This document shows, piece after piece, positions 58,761-64,000 of a stretch of DNA of 64,000 nt (positions are counted from its first letter, which is position 1; each line of letters opens with the position of its first letter). Under the pieces are notes generated by a model that saw only the letters and a program-made list of their open reading frames with translations, did no database searches and was not told the origin of the DNA. Position numbers and translations under genes: made by a program. The stretch is from the NCBI GenBank assembly GCA_002269645.1, contig NIVC01000197.1, positions 186,001 through 250,000 on the forward strand, given 5' to 3'. The DNA is from Macrostomum lignano (taxonomy: Eukaryota).

Positions 58761-59099
58761 GTAAGTATGAAATCTGTACGAACACCGGCTGTGACTTACT
58801 TTTTGGCCAAAAATGCAACTTACCTATGAGAGAAACCTAAGCAAAATTTAATGTAATTTTGGGTAAACGGCAGAAGTAACTATGTCTTTATTATTAAGGC
58901 TAAATTCCTCGTCATCTAATTGGTACTACGTCTTTTTGGGTTGGCATTTTTGCCACTTACCTTGGCTGGGCCCTGACTGTGCCAGGTATTGCGCATGTAT
59001 GTGTCTGCATAATGCGTAGATTACATTTAGCTAATGTTGGCTTAGCTAATTTTGCACATTTTTCGATCGCTAAAATCACTTGATCTCTAACTATAAAAA

Positions 59100-59460
59100 T
59101 CAAAACTCTGTGTGTCTGTGTGTGTGTGTGTCTGTGTGTGGACAATTTCGATCGCTATGGACTCCCAAACCGCTCAACCAAATTACACCAAACTTTACAC
59201 CCACCCTAAACCTACTACGGAGAATGTCTTAGGCTACCTTTTAATTTTCTAAATTTGAGTCTTCCTACCTAAAAGTACAAAAAACTGCTCAAAATGCGCG
59301 ATTTTTTCACTAAATCCTCCATAGCGCCGCTCCACTTCTACCGATTCTCTTCAAATTTGACACACTCAATCTTCAACTATTTTGACACTATCTAAATGTA
59401 AAGTTTCAACTCTGTAACTCAACCGAAAAAGAAATTGTAAGCATGTGAAGTTTGTCTGCT
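59100..59460. mobile_element. Possible Helentron/HINE-like non-autonomous repeat
   Basis: (TG/TCTG)n followed by aaccgctcaaccaaattacaccaaacttt and accgattctcttcaaatttg, reminiscent of DINE-1-like elements (recall only). Confidence 0.35.
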
Positions 59461-60015
59461 TTTTCTGTTGTTTGTGCCACTCACTCACTCATTTCCCCAG
59501 AGCCAGACGAAGGGTCAGGCGATAGGACTGAATGTACATAGCAAATGTACAGTGTTTTGGAATAACTTTATTTATAGCCTTCTCTGCACCCCGAGAGTGG
59601 AGAGGCTACGTTTAGCCATAACAGTTTAGTGAGAAATTCTAACCACTGCCCTCCCCTCTGTATTGGCAAACTCTGCAGCAGTTTAACAGTGGATGGCAAT
59701 TGGCAATTGGCAAATCGAGGGAATCCAGCATGGTTTGTAAAAGCGAAAGATTTATGAAAAGGCAATGCAGTGCAATACAACCCTACTAAATTAGCCACAC
59801 CATGGAAATTTTAGGTTTCTTTTAAAGGTAGTGTGTAAATTTTAAATGGCCTCCTAAGAAATGCGTATTTCCTTGGTTGTTAGACTGATGCAGACTGCAG
59901 TGGAGCTGAAGATACACAAATTCCTTTAAGGGCTGCAAATTGGCAAGAAAGATGACGTGATCAAAGCATGAGAACAACCATGAGAGTACTACGTCCCACA
60001 AACTGGCTTTCCAAG

Positions 60016-60776
60016 CAGGGATGGGCAGACTTTTACCTCAAAGGCCAGATAAAGAATCCAGCTCATAGCTGAGGGGCAGATGAAAGTGGAAAGAAGAAGG
60101 AATAGACGATTCGAAGAGAGGAGAGGCGACAGAGGGGATAAAAGAAAATATAAAAGATAATAGGAGAGATGAGGGGGTGAGGACGATGAGAGAAGAGGGG
60201 AGAGAGGAAAAGCGAGAGGAGAGAGTAGAGATGAGAGAGCAGAGAGCTGCAGATGAGAGGAGAGAGGAGACAGCAGAGAGGAGAGCAGAGAGGAAACAGG
60301 TGAAAGAAGAGATGAGAGAGTAAAGGGAAGAGAGAAGAGATAAAGATACATCTCTACATCTCTAAGGTTGTAGAGATGAGAGAGTTGGAAGGAGAGATGA
60401 GAAATGAGAGATGAGAGATAACGGAGAGAGGAGAGTGGAGTGAGAGAAGAGAGGGAGACAGAGTATAGAAAAGGGTAGAAAAGAGAAAAGAAGAAAGGAG
60501 AAAGGAAAGTGAGGAGTCAAAAGAGGGGAAAGAAAAGAGTACAGAGGAGAGAGGTGTGAGAACAAATAAGACAGAGATGCCAGATTAAAGAGGGGGATGA
60601 GAGAGCAGAGACGAGAGTGAACAGATAAAAGATAGGAGAGTAGAGAGAACAGAGGAGAGGTTACAGAGACGAGAGGAGAGAGGAGAGACAAAGGTAGAGA
60701 AGTGAGTCAGGAGAGAGGAGAGAAAAGAGGAGAATGGAGAGGGGAGAGAGTAGAGAGAGGAGGAGAGATAACAGAG

Positions 60777-60834
<58 letters not shown>

Positions 60835-61291
60835 AGGGGGAGCAGAGAGAAATGAGAAGAGATAAGAGAGAAAAGATAAAAGAAGAGAAAGGAAAGATGA
60901 GAGAGCAAAGACGAGAGAAAAGAGGTGAGGGAAGAGACGAGAGAAAAGGGGAGAGATGAGAGAGTAGAGGAGAGAGTTAAGAGCAGAGAGAAAAGAATAG
61001 AAAGGAGAAGGAAGAGAAGAGAGAAGAGGGGGTGAGAGGAGAGGGGGAGAGAGGAGAGAGGAGAGGAGAGAGAAAGCAAAAAAGTAGAGAGGAGAGGAGA
61101 GAGAAACGAAGAGACAAGAGATGAGATAAGAGAGATGAAAGAGAAGAGAGATGAGGAAAGATACGAGAGAAGAGGGGAGAGAGGAGAGACGAGGGACGAG
61201 AGAGATGAGAGGAAACAAAGAGACGATAGAAATTTTAAAGGATCCAAGGGACGTAGGGAGAGTCAGGGAGAGACCAGAGTTTAGCAATATG
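60016..61291. mobile_element. Largest copy of the GA-rich hAT-like element (about 1.15 kb polypurine interior incl. (GA)n)
   Basis: Start cagggatgggcagactttt; gataaagaatc block shared with 7041-7052 (reverse); decayed right end ccagagttt. Confidence 0.6.
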
Positions 61292-61846
61292 TTTTAGAGT
61301 CAGAGAGACATTGCTTGACATTCTGCGCAGTACCCCAGCCAACAATGTCTCAAACCCTAATTTTACTCGAATGTGCTCCATTTTATGTCTACATCTATCC
61401 TACTAACTATTAACAAGTTTTTGTTTGTGTATGGCCTTAGATTTCAGAATACATGCAAAAGTAGTTCCGGGTATTGGAATTCCCCGGGTTCAAAATCCGC
61501 GGGTTTCAACAGCTTGTTACTTCTAAAAAATAATCCTTTATAATTCGTGTCAAGTTAGGCCTGAATATTAATACAGGTGAGACCATCCGTAGGGTTCTGA
61601 TTGAGAGATTCAAAAAGTTTCTAGCATGTTAACTTACCCAATTGTACTACTAATAATCTGATGAGAGAGTAGGCATAGGCTAGCATATTCAACGGTTCTC
61701 AAGCAATAAATCAAGAATGAACAAATCTCAATGTCTAAATTTCAGCTAAAAATTACATTTATTCCCGGCTTTTAACGTTAGAATCGCAGTGCCATTTGGC
61801 ATCCTAGATTCAAACCCAGGATGCCAGCTGAGCATCAGTATAAGAA

Positions 61847-62289
61847 CACAGATACCAGAATAACTAGATGGGCCACTCAGCACATTTACGTGTAAGCTAC
61901 TTCAGTTCAGTAGTAAGTTAAACAGAAGCATTTTAATTTATTTTTAAACTCAAGGCTCTTTTATTGGCTCTTACCCCAGCTTAAACCCTCCAACCGCGCC
62001 TTTTCACACTGCCCCCGCCCCACCCTAATTTTTTTGCCTTTCTCGGAATTCCAGCCTAAAGCTGCCATGTACATTTCAGTGAACTGGCTAATGTACATTA
62101 TTGCTGAACCAATTAGCAAATTGTTTCCGCCTGCAAGCTTGGGCTTCTAAACTTATCAAAGCCATTTCAGCTGCCTTATTTTTTTAAAATAGCTTATGTA
62201 TTCTTCATTGCTACTGAACTGAAAGTAGAAAGCTGTTTCTTAAAAGTATATATGCCTGAGTGGCCCATCTAATTATTCTAGTATCTGTT
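61847..62289. mobile_element. P-like MITE, full-length copy 2
   Basis: Colinear with 8517-8976; flanks tataagaa/gttaagaa (6/8). Confidence 0.85.
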
Positions 62290-62533
62290 GTTAAGAATTT
62301 CAATATAAAAAATATTAATGTCTGTACCCTACCCTGATAGCTTCAGAAGTCAGCTCAGCAGTCTCAGTGTTTTCAGACTACTCAAAGTTGACAATTAATG
62401 GAAATCTCGGATCCGAATTCAGAATGCCAAAAGTACGGTCGCACGCTATGACAGAAAGCCTTGTTCCTTGGCATAAATAAACAATAAGTGATTATTAAAT
62501 GAACTTTAAATTATTTACCCTTGTATATTTCAG

Positions 62534-62581
62534 AATCCACCGCCGTCTCCGTCCCACGCTGATGAGAACATGATGGATTAG
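62534..62581 (+). CDS. ILRUN: Putative ILRUN terminal exon (NPPPSPSHADENMMD*)
   Basis: Acceptor tatttcag, phase 0 matching the donor at 58761. Confidence 0.55.
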   Translation, partial: NPPPSPSHADENMMD

Positions 62582-63731
62582 CCTAAATTTGTCTGCAATG
62601 AAAAATTGATACAAGTTTAAAATGTTTATTTATCGTGAAAAAAGCATTTTAGACTAGACTACTTATCGTTATATGTTTTGTGCAGACTTTTGACTAAGAC
62701 AGGACATTGCTTATCTTGATTGATATTTCCTTTTGATGTTGTACAGTTTGTGCTTTCAAATCGATGAATCAATGGTAGGTACTTGCACTTGAATTTAAAT
62801 TTTTTATGGAAGTTGACTTATTTTAATTTACTGCTATATTAGGAAAGTAATAAGTTGCAAGAATATGTAAACCCAGAAGTAAGCTTTTGCTATATTCAGA
62901 TTTGCGTACAGTTCCTTTTTTGTCGCAGTTCCTCCTTTTCTTCACCCTTTGACTTTAATGAGTTTTGCTACTTGCAGCATCAGCGTGAGCTCTATTTAAT
63001 CTGTTACATATTTACACTCAGAACACCAAAACAGCAGCAGCCCATTATTTGCAGTGTTACACTTTCCGCACTCTGTTATTATTAGCCCCATTCACCTTCA
63101 GATATGACTCCATCACAATAGCTTTAGTTAGATTTTGCCAATTCTCTTCATCAGATCCAATGCTAATACCAAAATATATATTCACAATTTGCCATTTTTT
63201 GTGAAGCTGATTCAACAGCTTATACTAACTTGACTGCTAGAGTTTCATTCATTTATTATGAGTATTTTTAATTTAGCAGAATGAAAACTTTAGGTACTGC
63301 GTTAACCATCCTATTACTGGATAACTAAAAACTAGAAGTAAAATGAGCTCCCAAAGAATTTGATTTGAAAAATTCTGAAAAATTTTTTGATTTAGATCTC
63401 GATCAAAGTTAGAATCCCAATGCCGCCCGATCCCAAAAAAGTTTGATCCCATCTTACCTCTAAAAACAAATCGATTCTTGCCCCTACGATATTTGATCCC
63501 TATCTAAACCTGTCGTCGTGATAACAGCTTATGACCTTGTTATGAAACAAAATAAAACAATAAATGCAATGAAATAAATCAAAGTAATATTTTATTTTCT
63601 TGTCGACTAAAGTTACAACTAAACTAAAACTAAGCTGAACAAACTAAACAAGCTAAACTAAACTAGTTGCTCCTTTCCAATCTGTTTTGATTTTTGTAAT
63701 CTTCGATTGCTTGTACAAATTTTCAGCTCCA

Positions 63732-63781
63732 ATGATCGGTACTGGGTCCGGATCTTCACAAGAAATACCGGAAACTGTTGG
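63732..63781 (+). CDS. Probable RRM-domain gene, first visible coding exon (MIGTGSGSSQEIPETVG)
   Basis: Acceptor tttcag at 63726, donor gtaagc at 63782, phase 2 matches next exon; could be an internal exon. Confidence 0.5.
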
Positions 63782-63874
63782 GTAAGCCTTATGTGTATAT
63801 AACTCAGATTTACGTCATATTAATATTCATTTAATAATTTTTATTAAATAAAAATATGCATATGCCTTTTTCAG

Positions 63875-63932
63875 AAATGAGTATGAACCATTCCGCCTGT
63901 ACTTCACCGGATTTCCGTACACATTTAACGAG
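63875..63932 (+). CDS. Probable RRM-domain gene, next exon (NEYEPFRLYFTGFPYTFNE)
   Basis: Acceptor tttttcag, donor gtgagt; LYFTGFP resembles the RNP2 motif; gene runs off the window. Confidence 0.55.
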
Positions 63933-64000
63933 GTGAGTTTTATCTTCATTATCTTTTTTCTTTATTAGTAGAGGATAAACACTTTCAAGACAAAAATATC

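Noticed and set aside
60585-61287. Leu/Ser-rich 200-aa ORFs
   Set aside because: Translation of the polypurine tract of the GA-rich element.

Overview
Eukaryotic (animal) genomic DNA. GC-rich intron-poor genes, an anion-type nicotinic receptor and an extreme minisatellite load suggest a flatworm such as Macrostomum (inference, not verified). Host genes reconstructed by hand from splice sites: a 2-exon rhodopsin-class peptide GPCR (-), a 5-exon AK5-like tandem adenylate kinase with degenerate catalytic motifs (+), a 2-exon non-alpha nicotinic receptor subunit with an anion-type PAK filter (+), a 3-exon KDM2 demethylase (JmjC-CXXC-PHD, no F-box/LRR seen) (-), an ILRUN/C6orf106-like gene with an apparent 1-nt frameshift (+), and the first exons of a probable RRM gene at the right edge. 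Most large introns are filled by their own locus-specific 0.5-2 kb minisatellite; some of these are visibly seeded from the splice donor or stop codon they overlap. The 40.9-57.6 kb interval is a transposon graveyard: three Gypsy remnants, RTE, piggyBac, a P-superfamily element with 154-bp TIRs, a THAP relic and perfect 8-bp TSD, and a Crypton-like tyrosine recombinase. Inside the P-like element is a perfect 30-bp palindrome between 8-bp direct repeats, the geometry expected of a P-type excision footprint. One Gypsy relic lies in an almost CpG-free domain. All alignments and counts were done by eye.
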